Source: the human T2T-CHM13v2.0 reference genome, Homo sapiens. Taken from it: a stretch of DNA of 64,000 bases. The stretch is from NCBI RefSeq assembly GCF_009914755.1, contig NC_060948.1; one strand, given 5' to 3'. The notes under the pieces were generated by a model. That model was not told the DNA's origin. It did no database searches and saw only the letters and a program-made list of their open reading frames with translations. Below are positions 1 through 12,167 of the stretch, in pieces. Both the position numbers and the translations under genes were made by a program. Each line of letters opens with the position of its first letter. Within the stretch, counting starts at the first letter, position 1.

Positions 1-1567
1 GAATGAAATGGAATGGAAGAGAAAGGAATGGAATGAAATGGAATGGAAAGGATTCGAATGGAATGCAATCGAATGGAATGCAATCGAATGGAATGGAATC
101 GAACGGAATGGAATAAAATGGAAGAAAACTGGCAAGAAATGGAATCGAAATGAATGGAGTGTTATGGAACGGACTCAAAAGGAATTGAATGTAATAGAAT
201 GGAGTGGAGTGGACTCGAATATAATGGACTGGAATGGAATGAAATCACATGGAATGGGAACGAATGGAATGGAATGGAAAGGAATGGAATGGAAAGGAAT
301 GGAATCGAATGGAAAGGAATCGAATGGAAGGGAATGAAATTGAATCAACAGGAATGGAAGGAAGTAGAATAGACGGTAATGGAATGGACTCGAATAGAAT
401 GGACACGAATGCTCATATTGAATGGACTCGAATGGAATGGAAACGAAAGGAATGTCGTCGAATGGAATTGAATCGATTGGAATGAAATCGCATAGAATGG
501 AGTGGAATCAAATGGAATTGAATCGAAAGGAAAGGAAGCGAATGGTCTGAAATGAAATGGAATGGAATTGAATGGAAAGTAATGCAAGGGAATAGAATGG
601 AACGAAATTTCACGGAATGGAATCAAACTGAATGGAATCAAATCAATGGAATATAATCAAATGGCATGGAAAGGAATTGAATGGAGTAGATTGGATTGGA
701 TGGGATTGGAATGAAATGTACTGGAAAGGACTCGAATTTCATGAAATGGAATGGAATGAACTGGAACGGAATGGACTCGAATGGAATGGAATGTCATGGA
801 ATGGCATCAAATGGAATGGCATCAAATGGAATGGAATCGAATGCAATGGAATGCTATGGAATGGAATGGAATGCATTGGAATGGAATGTCCCCTAATGGA
901 ATGGATTCGAGTGGAATGGAATCGAATATAATGGAGTCGAATGAAATGGAATTGAAAGGAAAGGGATCGAATACAATGGAATATACTGGAATGTAATGTA
1001 ATGAACTCGAATGTAATTGACTAGAATGGAATGTACATGAATGGAATGTAATCGAATGGAAAATAATCTCATGGAATAGAATCTAATGCAATAAAATCGA
1101 CTCAAATAGAATAGAATGGAATGGAATGGAGTGCAGTGCAATGGAATGGAATGGAATGGAATGCAATGGAATGGAATGGAATGGAATGGAATGGAATGGA
1201 ATGGGATGGAATGGTATGGAATGGATAGTAATGGACTGGAGTGAAATGGACTGGAAAAGAATGGACTCAAATTGAAAGGGCTCGAAAGGAATGGAGTCAA
1301 ATGGAATGGTCTGGAATGGAATGAATACGAATGTAATGCAATCCAATAGAATGGAATCGAATGGTATGGAATATAAAGAATTGGAATCGAAGAGAATGGA
1401 AACAAATGGAATGGAATTGAATGGAATGGAATTGAATGGAATGGGAACGAATGGAGTGAAATTGTATGCAGTAGAAGAGAATAGAATGGAATGCAAGCGA
1501 AAGGAAAGGAATGGATTGGAATGGAATGGAATTCATTGGAATGGAAGGGAATGTAGTGTAATGGACA
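1..1567 (+). repeat. Partial DYZ1 monomer U0 (phased on the HaeIII site)
   Basis: Runs up to the first GGCC at 1568; conserved EcoRI GAATTC at 1529. Confidence 0.9.
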
Positions 1568-1942
1568 GGCCTGGAATAAAGTGGAATGCTACGGTCTCGA
1601 ATGGAATAAAAATGTATGGAATAGAATGCAATGAAACGGAATCGAATGTCATAGAATGTAATGGAATGCAAAAAAATGGAATCCAAAATCATTGACTGGA
1701 AAGGCTGGGTGTCGAAAGGAATTGCCTCCAATGGAATGGAATCGAATGGAATGGAAGTGAATAGAATGGAACTAAATCGAATGGAATGGAATTGATAGGA
1801 ACGGAATGGAAAGGAATGCAATGATTTGGCATGGAATGGAATCGAATGGCATCGAATGGAATGGAATGGAATGCAATTGAATGGAATGTATTAGAATGTA
1901 ATGAACTTTAATGTAATGTACTCGAATGGATTCGACTGGAAT

Positions 1943-1957
1943 GGAATGTTCTCGAAG
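1943..1957. promoter_or_regulatory. Perfect 3-unit heat-shock element (HSE1; recurs once per monomer)
   Basis: gGAAt-gTTCt-cGAAg fits nGAAn-nTTCn-nGAAn, the HSF1 consensus. This is a motif match only; occupancy is not shown. Confidence 0.55.
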
Positions 1958-2212
1958 TGAATGGACTCCAATGGAATGGATTCGAAAGGAATGGAATCTA
2001 ATGGAATGGAATTAAATGGAAATGAATCAAATTGAATAGAACGGAATTGAATGGAATGGAATCGAATGCAATGGAATCTAATGAAACGGAAAGGAAAGGA
2101 ATGGAATGGATTGGAATGGAATGTGCTGGAATTGAATGGAATCGAAACGAATGGAATGGAGTCGAACTGAAGAGACTGAAATGGAATGCACTGGAATGGA
2201 AGGGAGTGTAAT

Positions 2213-2227
2213 GGAAGGTTCTCGAAA
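2213..2227. promoter_or_regulatory. Perfect 3-unit heat-shock element (HSE2; recurs once per monomer)
   Basis: gGAAg-gTTCt-cGAAa; motif match only. Confidence 0.55.
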
Positions 2228-3233
2228 AAAATGGAATCGAAAGGAATGGAATTGAATGGAACGGAATAGAGTCGAATGGAATTCAATGGAATGGAATGGA
2301 CTAGAGTGAAATGGAATCGAACCACAAGGAATGGACAGGAACAGAATGGTCTCGAATTGAATGGAATCGTATGGAATGGCATCAAACGGAATGGAATGGA
2401 CAGCAACGGAATGGAATGCACTCGAATGCAATGGAGTCGACACTAATGGACTGGAATAGAAAGGACTCGACTGGTACGGACTCCATTGAAATGGAATTGA
2501 ATGGAAGGGAATGGATCGGAATGGACTCGAAGGGAAAAGACTGCAATGGAAAGGTCTCGAATGGAATGGAAATTAATGGAATGGAATGGAATCGAATGAA
2601 ATGGAGTCAAAAGGAATGGAATCGAATGGCAAGAAATCGAATGTAATGGAATCGCAAGGAATTGATGTGAACGGAACGGAATCGAATGGAATCCAAAGGA
2701 ATGGAATAGAATGGAATGGAATCGAATGGAAAGGACTCGAATGGAAATCACTCGAATAGAATGCAATTTAATAAAATAGGATCAAATGTAATGGAATGGA
2801 ATGGAAAGGAATCGAAACGAAAGGAATGGAGACAGATGGAATGGAATGGAACAGAGAGCAATGGTATAGAATGGAATGGAATCATCTGGAATGGAATTGA
2901 ATGGAATGGAATAATATGAAATGGAATGGAATGGAATGGAATGCCCTTGAATTAAATGGACTGGAATGGAATGGACTCAAACAGAGTGGAATGGAAAGTG
3001 TTGAAATAGAATGGAATGGACTCGTTTGGAATGGTCTAGTATGCAATGCAATCGACTGGCAGGGAATCAAGAGGAATGTAATCGAATGGATTGGACTGGA
3101 ATGCAATGGACTCGAATAGATTGGAAACGGAATTCAAAGGAATGGAATGGAATAGTATGGAATGGAATGGAAAGGAATGGAGTGGAATAGACTAGAGTGG
3201 AATGGAATGGACTCGAAAGCAATGGACTGGAAT

Positions 3234-3248
3234 GGAACTTTCTTGAAT
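3234..3248. promoter_or_regulatory. Perfect 3-unit heat-shock element (HSE3; recurs once per monomer)
   Basis: gGAAc-tTTCt-tGAAt; motif match only. Confidence 0.55.
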
Positions 3249-5105
3249 GGACTGGAATCAAACGGAATGGAATGCAATGCAATCAAATGGCATGGAATAA
3301 AATAGAATGAAAGAGAATCAAATGGAATTGAATCGAATGGAATCGAATGGATTGGAAAGGAATAGAATGGAATGGAATGGAATTGACTCAAATGGAATGG
3401 ACTAGAATGGAATGGATTCGAATGGAAGGCAAAGGAATGGAATCTATTGGAATGGACTGTAATGGAATGGAATGGAAGGGATTGGAATGGACTCGAATGG
3501 AATGGACTGCAATAGAAAAGATTCGAATGGAATGAAAAAGAATTGAATGGAATAGAACAGAATGGAATCAAATCGAATGAAATGGAATGGAAGAGAAAGG
3601 AATGGAATGAAATGGAATGGAAAGGATTCGAATGGAATGCAATCGAATGGAATGCAATCGAATGGAATGGAATCGAACGGAATGGAATAAAATGGAAGAA
3701 AACTGGCAAGAAATGGAATCGAAATGAATGGAGTGTTATGGAACGGACTCAAAAGGAATTGAATGTAATAGAATGGAGTGGAGTGGACTCGAATATAATG
3801 GACTGGAATGGAATGAAATCACATGGAATGGGAACGAATGGAATGGAATGGAAAGGAATGGAATGGAAAGGAATGGAATCGAATGGAAAGGAATCGAATG
3901 GAAGGGAATGAAATTGAATCAACAGGAATGGAAGGAAGTAGAATAGACGGTAATGGAATGGACTCGAATAGAATGGACACGAATGCTCATATTGAATGGA
4001 CTCGAATGGAATGGAAACGAAAGGAATGTCGTCGAATGGAATTGAATCGATTGGAATGAAATCGCATAGAATGGAGTGGAATCAAATGGAATTGAATCGA
4101 AAGGAAAGGAAGCGAATGGTCTGAAATGAAATGGAATGGAATTGAATGGAAAGTAATGCAAGGGAATAGAATGGAACGAAATTTCACGGAATGGAATCAA
4201 ACTGAATGGAATCAAATCAATGGAATATAATCAAATGGCATGGAAAGGAATTGAATGGAGTAGATTGGATTGGATGGGATTGGAATGAAATGTACTGGAA
4301 AGGACTCGAATTTCATGAAATGGAATGGAATGAACTGGAACGGAATGGACTCGAATGGAATGGAATGTCATGGAATGGCATCAAATGGAATGGCATCAAA
4401 TGGAATGGAATCGAATGCAATGGAATGCTATGGAATGGAATGGAATGCATTGGAATGGAATGTCCCCTAATGGAATGGATTCGAGTGGAATGGAATCGAA
4501 TATAATGGAGTCGAATGAAATGGAATTGAAAGGAAAGGGATCGAATACAATGGAATATACTGGAATGTAATGTAATGAACTCGAATGTAATTGACTAGAA
4601 TGGAATGTACATGAATGGAATGTAATCGAATGGAAAATAATCTCATGGAATAGAATCTAATGCAATAAAATCGACTCAAATAGAATAGAATGGAATGGAA
4701 TGGAGTGCAGTGCAATGGAATGGAATGGAATGGAATGCAATGGAATGGAATGGAATGGGATGGAATGGTATGGGATGGATAGAAATGGACTGGAGTGAAA
4801 TGGACTGGAAAGTAATGCACTCAAATTGAAAGAGCTCGAAAGAATGGAGTCAAATGGAATGTTCTGGAATGGAATGAACACGAATGTAATGCAATCCAAT
4901 AGAATGGAATCGAATGGCATGGAATATAAAGAAATGGAATCGAAGAGAATGGAAACGAATGGAATGGAATTGAATGGAATGGGAACGAATGGAGTGAAAT
5001 TGTATGCAGTAGAAGAGAATAGAATGGAATGCAAGCGAAAGGAAAGGAATGGATTGGAATGGAATGGAATTCATTGGAATGGAAGGGAATGTAGTGTAAT
5101 GGACA

Positions 5106-8100
5106 GGCCTGGAATAAAGTGGAATGCTACGGTCTCGAATGGAATAAAAATGTATGGAATGGAATGCAATGAAACGGAATCGAATGTCATAGAATGTAAT
5201 GGAATGCAAAAAAATGGAATCCAAAATCATTGACTGGAAAGGCTGGATGTCGAAAGGAATTGACTCCAATGGAATGGAATCGAATGGAATGGAAGTGAAT
5301 AGAATGGAACTAAATCGAATGGAATGGAATTGATAGGAACGGAATGGAAAGGAATGCAATGATTTGGCATGGAATGGAAACGAATGGTATCTAATGGAAT
5401 GGAATGGAATGTAATGGAATGGAATGTATTAGAATGTAATGAACTTTAATGGAATGTACTCGAATGGATTCGACTGGAATGGAATGTTCTGGAAGTGAAT
5501 GGACTCCAATGGAATGGATTGAAACGGAATGGAATCGTACGGAATGGAATCTAATGGAATGGAATTAAATGGAAATGAATCAAATTGAATAGAACGGAAT
5601 TGAATTGAATGGAATGGAATGCAATGGAATCTAATGAAACGGAAAGGAAAGGAATGGAATGGAATGGAATGGGCTGGAATGGAAAGGAATCGAAACGAAT
5701 GGAATGGAATCGAACTGAAGAGACTGGAATGGAATGCACTGGAATGGAAGGGAGTGTAATGGAAGGTTCTCGAAAAAAATGGAATCGAATGGAATGGAAT
5801 TGAATGGAACGGAATAGAGTCGAATGGAATTGAATGGAATGGAATGGACTAGAGTGAAATGGAATCGAACCACAAGGAATGGACAGGAATAGAATGGTCT
5901 CGAATTGAATGGAATCATATGGAATGGCATCAAACGGAATGGAATGGACAGCCACGGAATGGAATGCACTCGAATGCAATGGAGTCGAAACTAATGGATG
6001 GAATAGAATGGACTTGACTGGTACGGACTCCAATGGAATGGAATCGAATGGAAGGGAATCGAACGGAATGGACTCGAAGGGAAAAGACTGCAATGGAAAG
6101 GTCTCCAATGGAATGGAAATTAATGGAATGGAATGGAATCGAATGAAATGGAGTCAAAAGGAATGGAATCGAATGGCAAGAAATCGAATGTAATGGAATC
6201 GCAAGGAATTGATGTGAACGGAACGGAATGGAATGGAATCCAAAGGAATGGAATAGAATGGAATGGAATCGAATGGAAAGGACACGAATGGAAATCACTC
6301 GAATAGAATGCAATTTAATAAAATAGGATCAAATGTAATGGAATGCAATGGAAAGGAATCGAAACGAAAGGAATGGAGACAGATGGAATGGAATGGAACA
6401 GAGAGCAATGGTATAGAATGGAATGGAATCATCTGGAATGGAATTGAATGGAATGGAATAATATGAAATGGAATGGAATGGAATGGAATGGAATGCCCTT
6501 GAATTAAATGGACTGGAATGGAATGGACTCGAACAGAGTGGAATGGAAAGTGTTGAGATAGAATGGAATGGACTCCTTTGGAATGGTCTAGTATGCAATG
6601 CAATCGACTGGCAGGGAATCAAAAGGAATGTAATGGAATGGATTGGACTGGAATGCAATGGACTCGAATAGATTGGAAACGGAATGCAAAGGAATGGAAT
6701 GGAATAGTATGGAATGGAATGGAAAGGAATGGAGTGGAATAGACTAGAGTGGAATGGAATGGACTGGAAAGCAATGGACTGGAATGGAACTTTCTTGAAT
6801 GGACTGGAATCAAACGGAATGGAATGCAATGCAATCAAATGGCATAGAATAAGATAGAATGAAAGAGAATCAAATGGAATTGAATGGAATGGAATCGAAT
6901 GGATTGGAAAGGAATAGAATGGAATGGAATGGAATTGACTCAAATGGAATGGACTAGAATGGAATGGATTCGAATGGAAGGCAAAGGAATGGAATCTATT
7001 GGAATGGACTGTAATGGAATGCAATGGAAGGGATTGGAATGGACTCGAATGGAATGGACTGCAATAGAAAGGATACGAATGGAATGAAAAAGAATTGAAT
7101 GGAATAGAACAGAATGGAAACAAATCGAATGAAATGGAATGGAATAGAAAGGAATGGAATGAAATGGAATGGAAAGGATTCGAATGGAATGCAAACGAAT
7201 GGAATGGAATCGAACGGAATGGAATAAAATGGAAGAAAACTGGCAAGAAATGGAATCGAAATGAATGGAGTGTTATGGAAGGGACTCAAAAGGAATTGAA
7301 TGTAATAGAATGGAGTGGAGTGGACTCGAATATAATGGACTTGAATGGAATGAAATCACATGGAATGGGAACGAATGGAATGGAATGGAAAGGAATGGAA
7401 TCGAATGGAAAGGAATCGAATGGAAGGGAATGAAATTGAACCAACAGGAATGGAAGGGAATAGAATAGACGGTAGTGGAATGGACTCGAATAGAATGGAC
7501 ACGAATGCTCAAATTGAATGGACTCGAATGGAATGGAAACGAAAGGAATGTCATCGAATGGAATTGAATCGATTGGAATGAAATCGCATAGAATGGAGTG
7601 GAATCAAATGGAATTGAATCGAAAGGAAAGGAAGCGAATGGACTGAAATGAAATGGAATGGAATTGAATGGAAAGTAATGCAATGGAATAGAATGGAACG
7701 AAATTTCACGGAATGGAATCAAACTGAATGGAATCAAATCAATGGAATCTAATCAAATGGAATGGAAAGGAATTGAATGGAGTAGATTGGATTGGATGGG
7801 ATTGGAATGAAATGTACTGGAAAGGACTGGAATTTCATGAAACGGAATGGAATGAATTGGAACGGAATGGACTCGAATGGAATGGAATGTCATGGAATGG
7901 CATCAAATGGAATGGCATCAAATGGAATGGAATCGAATGCAATGGAATGCTATGGAATGGAATGGAATGCATTGGAATGGAATGTCCTCTAATGGAATGG
8001 ATTCGAGTGGAATGGAATCGAATATAATGGAGTCGAATGAAATGGAATTGAAAGGAATGGGATCGAATACAATGGAATATACTGGAATGTAATGTAATGA

Positions 8101-8643
8101 ACTCGAATGTAATTGACTGGAATGGAATGTATATGAATGGAATGTAATCGAATGGAAAGTAATCCAATGGAATAGAATCTAATGCAATAAAATCGACTCA
8201 GATAGAGTAGAATGTAATGGAATGGAGTGCAGTGCAATGGAATGGAATGGAATGGAATGCAATGGAATGGAATGGAATGGGATGGAATGGTATGGAATGG
8301 ATAGTAATGGACTGGAGTGAAATGGACTGGAAAGGAATGGACTCAAATTGAAAGGGCTCGAAAGGAATGGAGACAAATGGAATGGTCTGGAATGGAATGA
8401 ACACGAATGTAATGCAATCCAATAGAATAGAGTCGAATGGCATGGAATATAAAGAAATGGAATCGAAGAGAATAGAAACAAATGGAATGGAATTGAATGG
8501 AATGGAATTGAGTGGAATGGGAACGAATGGAGTGAAATTGTATGCAGTAGAAGAGAATAGAATGGAATGCAAGCGAAAGGAAAGGAATGGATTGGAATGG
8601 AATGGAATTCATTGGAATGGAAGGGAATGTAGTGTAATGGACA
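5106..8643 (+). repeat. DYZ1 monomer U2, 3538 bp, type B
   Basis: GGCC at 5106 and 8644; markers ggctggatgtcg, ctaatggatggaatag (1-bp deletion), ggcatagaat, gcaaacgaat, ccaacagg. Confidence 0.9.
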
Positions 8644-11600
8644 GGCCTGGAATAAAGTGGAATGCTACGGTCTCGAGTGGAATAAAAATGTATGGATTGG
8701 AATGCAATGAAACGGAATCGAATGTCATAGAATGTAATGGAATGCAAAAAAATGGAATCCGAAATCATTGACTGGAAAGGCTGGGTGTCGAAAGGAATTG
8801 ACTCCAATGGAATGGAATCGAATGGAATGGAAGTGAATAGAATCGAACTAAATCGAATGGAATGGAATTGATAGGAACGGAATGGAAAGGAATGCAATGA
8901 TTTGGCATGGAATGGAATCGAATGGCATCGAATGGAATGGAATGGAATGCAATGGAATGGAATGTATTAGAATGTAATGAACTTTAATGGAATGTACTCG
9001 AAAGGATTTGACTGGAATGGAATGTTCTGGAAGTGAATGGACTCCAATGGAATGGATTCGAAAGGAATGGAATCGTACGGAATGGAATCTAATGGAATGG
9101 AATTAAATGGAAATGAATCAAATTGAATAGCACGGAATTGAATTGAATGGAATGGAATGCAATGGAATCTAATGAAACGGAAAGGAAAGGAATGCAATGG
9201 AATGGAATGGGCTGGAATGGAAAGGAATCGAAACGAATGGAATGGAATCGAACTGAAGAGACTGGAATGGAATGCACTGGAATGGAAGGGAGTGTAATGG
9301 AAGGTTCTCGAAAAAAATGGAATCGAATGGAATGGAATTGAGTGGAACGGAATAGAGTCGAATGGAATTGAATGGAATGGAATGGACTAGAGTGAAATGG
9401 AATCGAACCACAAGGAATGGACAGGAATAGAATGGTCTCGAACTGAATGGAATCGTATGGAATGGCATCAAACGGAATGGAATGGACAGCCACGGAATGG
9501 AATGCACTCGAATGCAATGGAGTCGAAACTAATGGACTGGAATAGAATGGACTCGACTGGTACGGACTCCAATGGAATGGAATCGAATGGAAGGGAATCG
9601 AACGGAATGGACTCAAAGGGAAAAGACTGCAATGGAACGGTCTCGAATGGAATGGAAATTAATGGAATGGAATGGAATCGAATGAAATGGAGTCAAAAGG
9701 AATGGAATCGAATGGCAAGAAATCGAATGTAATGGAATCGCAAGGAATTGATATGAACGGAACGGAATGGAATGGAATCCAAAGGAATGGAATAGAATGG
9801 AATGGAATCGAATGGAAAGGACTCGAATGGAAATCACTCGAATAGAATGCAATTTAATAAAATAGGATCAAATGTAATGGAATGGAATGGAAAGGAATCG
9901 AAACGAAAGGAATGGAGACAGATGGAATGGAATGGAACAGATAGCAATGGTATACAATGGAATGGAATCATCTGGAATGGAATTGAATGGAATGCAATAA
10001 TATGAAATGGAATGGAATGGAATGGAATGGAATGCCCTTGAATTAAATGGACTGGACTCGAACAGAGTGGAATGGAAAGTGTTGAGATAGAATGGAATGG
10101 ACTCCTTTGGAATGGTCTAGTATGCAATGCAATCGACTGGCAGGGAATCAAAAGGAATGTAATGGAATGGATTGGACTGGAATGCAATGGACTCGAATAG
10201 ATTGGAAACGGAATGCAAAGGAATGGAATGGAATAGTATGGAATGGAATGGAAAGGAATGGAGTGGAATAGACTAGAGTGGAATGGAATGGACTGGAAAG
10301 CAATGGACTGGAATGAAACTTTCTTGAATGGACTGGAATCAAACGGAATGGAATGCAATGCAATCAAATGGCATGGAATAAGATAGAATGAAAGAGAATC
10401 AAATGGAATTGAATCGAATGGAATCGAATGGATTGGAAAGGAATAGAATGGAATGGAATGGAATTGACTCAAATGGAATGGACTAGAATGGAATGGATTC
10501 CAATGGAAGGCAAAGGAATGGAATCTATTGGAATGGACTGTAATGGAATGGAATGGAAGGGATTGGAATGGACTCGAATGGAATGGACTGCAATAGAAAG
10601 GATTCGAATGGAATGAAAAAGAATTGAATGGAATAGAACAGAATGGAATCAAATCGAATGAAATGGAATGGAATAGAAAGGAATGGAATGAAATGGAATG
10701 GAAAGGATTCGAATGGAATGGAATCGAATGGAATGGAATCGAACGGAATGGAATAAAATGGAAGAAAACTGGCAAGAAATGGAATCGAAATGAATGGAGT
10801 GTTATGGAACGGACTCAAAAGGAATTGAATGTAATAGAATGGAGTGGAGTGGACTCGAATATAATGGACTGGAATGGAATGAAATCACATGGAATGGGAA
10901 CGAATGGAATGGAATGGAAAGGAATGGAATCGAATGGAAAGGAATCGAACGGAAGGGAATGAAATTGAATCAACAGGAATGGAAGGGAATAGAATAGACT
11001 GTAATGGAATGGACACGAATAGAATGGACACGAATGCTCAAATTGAATGGACTCGAATGGAATGGAAAGGAAAAGAAAGTCATCGAATGGAATTGAATCG
11101 ATTGGAATGAAATCGCATAGAATGGAGTGGAATCAAATGGAATTGAATCGAAAGGAAAGGAAGCGAATGGACTGAAATGAAATGGAATGGAATTGAATGG
11201 AAAGTAATGCAATGGAATAGAATGGAACGAAATTTCACGGAATGGAATCAAACTGAATGGAATCAAATCAATGGAATATAATCAAATGGAATGGAAAGGA
11301 ATTGAATGGAGTAGATTGGATTGGATGGGATTGGAATGAAATGTACTGGAAAGGACTCGAATTTCATGAAACGGAATGGAATGAATTAGAACGGAATGGA
11401 CTCGAATGGAATGGAATGTCATGGAATGGCATCAAATGGAATGGAATCGAATGCGATGGAATGCTATGGAATGGAATGGAATGCATTGGAATGGAATGTC
11501 CTCTAATGGAATGTATTCGAGTGGAATGGAATCGAATATAATGGAGTCTAATGAAATGGAATTGAAAGGAATGGGACCGAATACAATGGAATATACTGGA

Positions 11601-12167
11601 ATGTAATGTAATGAACTCGAATGTAATTGACTGGAATGGAATGTACATGAATGGAATGTAATCGAATGGAAAGCAATCCAATGGAATAGAATCTAATGCA
11701 ATAAAATCGACTCAAATAGAGTAGAATGTAATGGAATGGAGTGCAGTGCAATGGAATGGAATGGAATGGAATGCAATGGAATGGAATGGAATGGAATGGA
11801 ATGGGATGGAATGGTATGGAATGGATAGTAATGGACTGGAGTGAAATGGACTGGAAAAGAATGGACTCAAATTGAAAGGGCTCGAAAGGAATGGAGTCAA
11901 ATGGAATGGTCTGGAATGGAATGAACACGAATGTAATGCAATCCAATGGAATGGAATCGAATGGCATGGAATATAAAGAAATGGAATCGAAGAGAATGGA
12001 AACAAATGGAATGGAATTGAATGGAATGGAATTGAATGGAATGGGAACGAATGGAGTGAAATTGTATGCAGTAGAAGAGAATAGAATGGAATGCAAGCGA
12101 AAGGAAAGGAATGGATTGGAATGGAATGGAATTCATTGGAATGGAAGGGAATGTAGTGTAATGGACA
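8644..12167 (+). repeat. DYZ1 monomer U3, 3524 bp, type C
   Basis: GGCC at 8644 and 12168; XhoI CTCGAG at 8672, aaaggatttgactgg, atagcaatggtatac, 10-bp deletion near 10050. Confidence 0.9.

Larger units (their letters stand above)
1568..5105 (+). repeat. DYZ1 monomer U1, 3538 bp, variant type A
   Basis: GGCC at 1568 and 5106; SalI GTCGAC at 2436, extra EcoRI at 2279 and 3130, lacks the 15-bp cgtacg-containing segment. Confidence 0.9.

Noticed and set aside
1291-1695. 134-aa ORF ending GIQNH present in nearly every monomer
   Set aside because: Its recurrence reflects monomer identity. It has a premature stop in one copy (ends at 22736) and a frameshifted start in another, and no recognisable domain.
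2765-2782. AT-rich caatttaataaaatagg and several AATAAA hexamers per monomer as polyadenylation or TATA signals
   Set aside because: AATAAA arises easily from GGAAT variants, no downstream GU/U-rich element is evident, and there are no transcript data here.
1568-5105. Internal ~1.8 kb half-unit periodicity within the monomer
   Set aside because: The landmark motifs occur once per 3.55 kb and I could not see a half-period by eye; it would need an autocorrelation analysis.
7741-7800. DUX4-like motifs (gaatctaatca, agattggattg)
   Set aside because: One or two mismatches to the TAAYYYAATCA-type consensus, variable between monomers; too weak to call.
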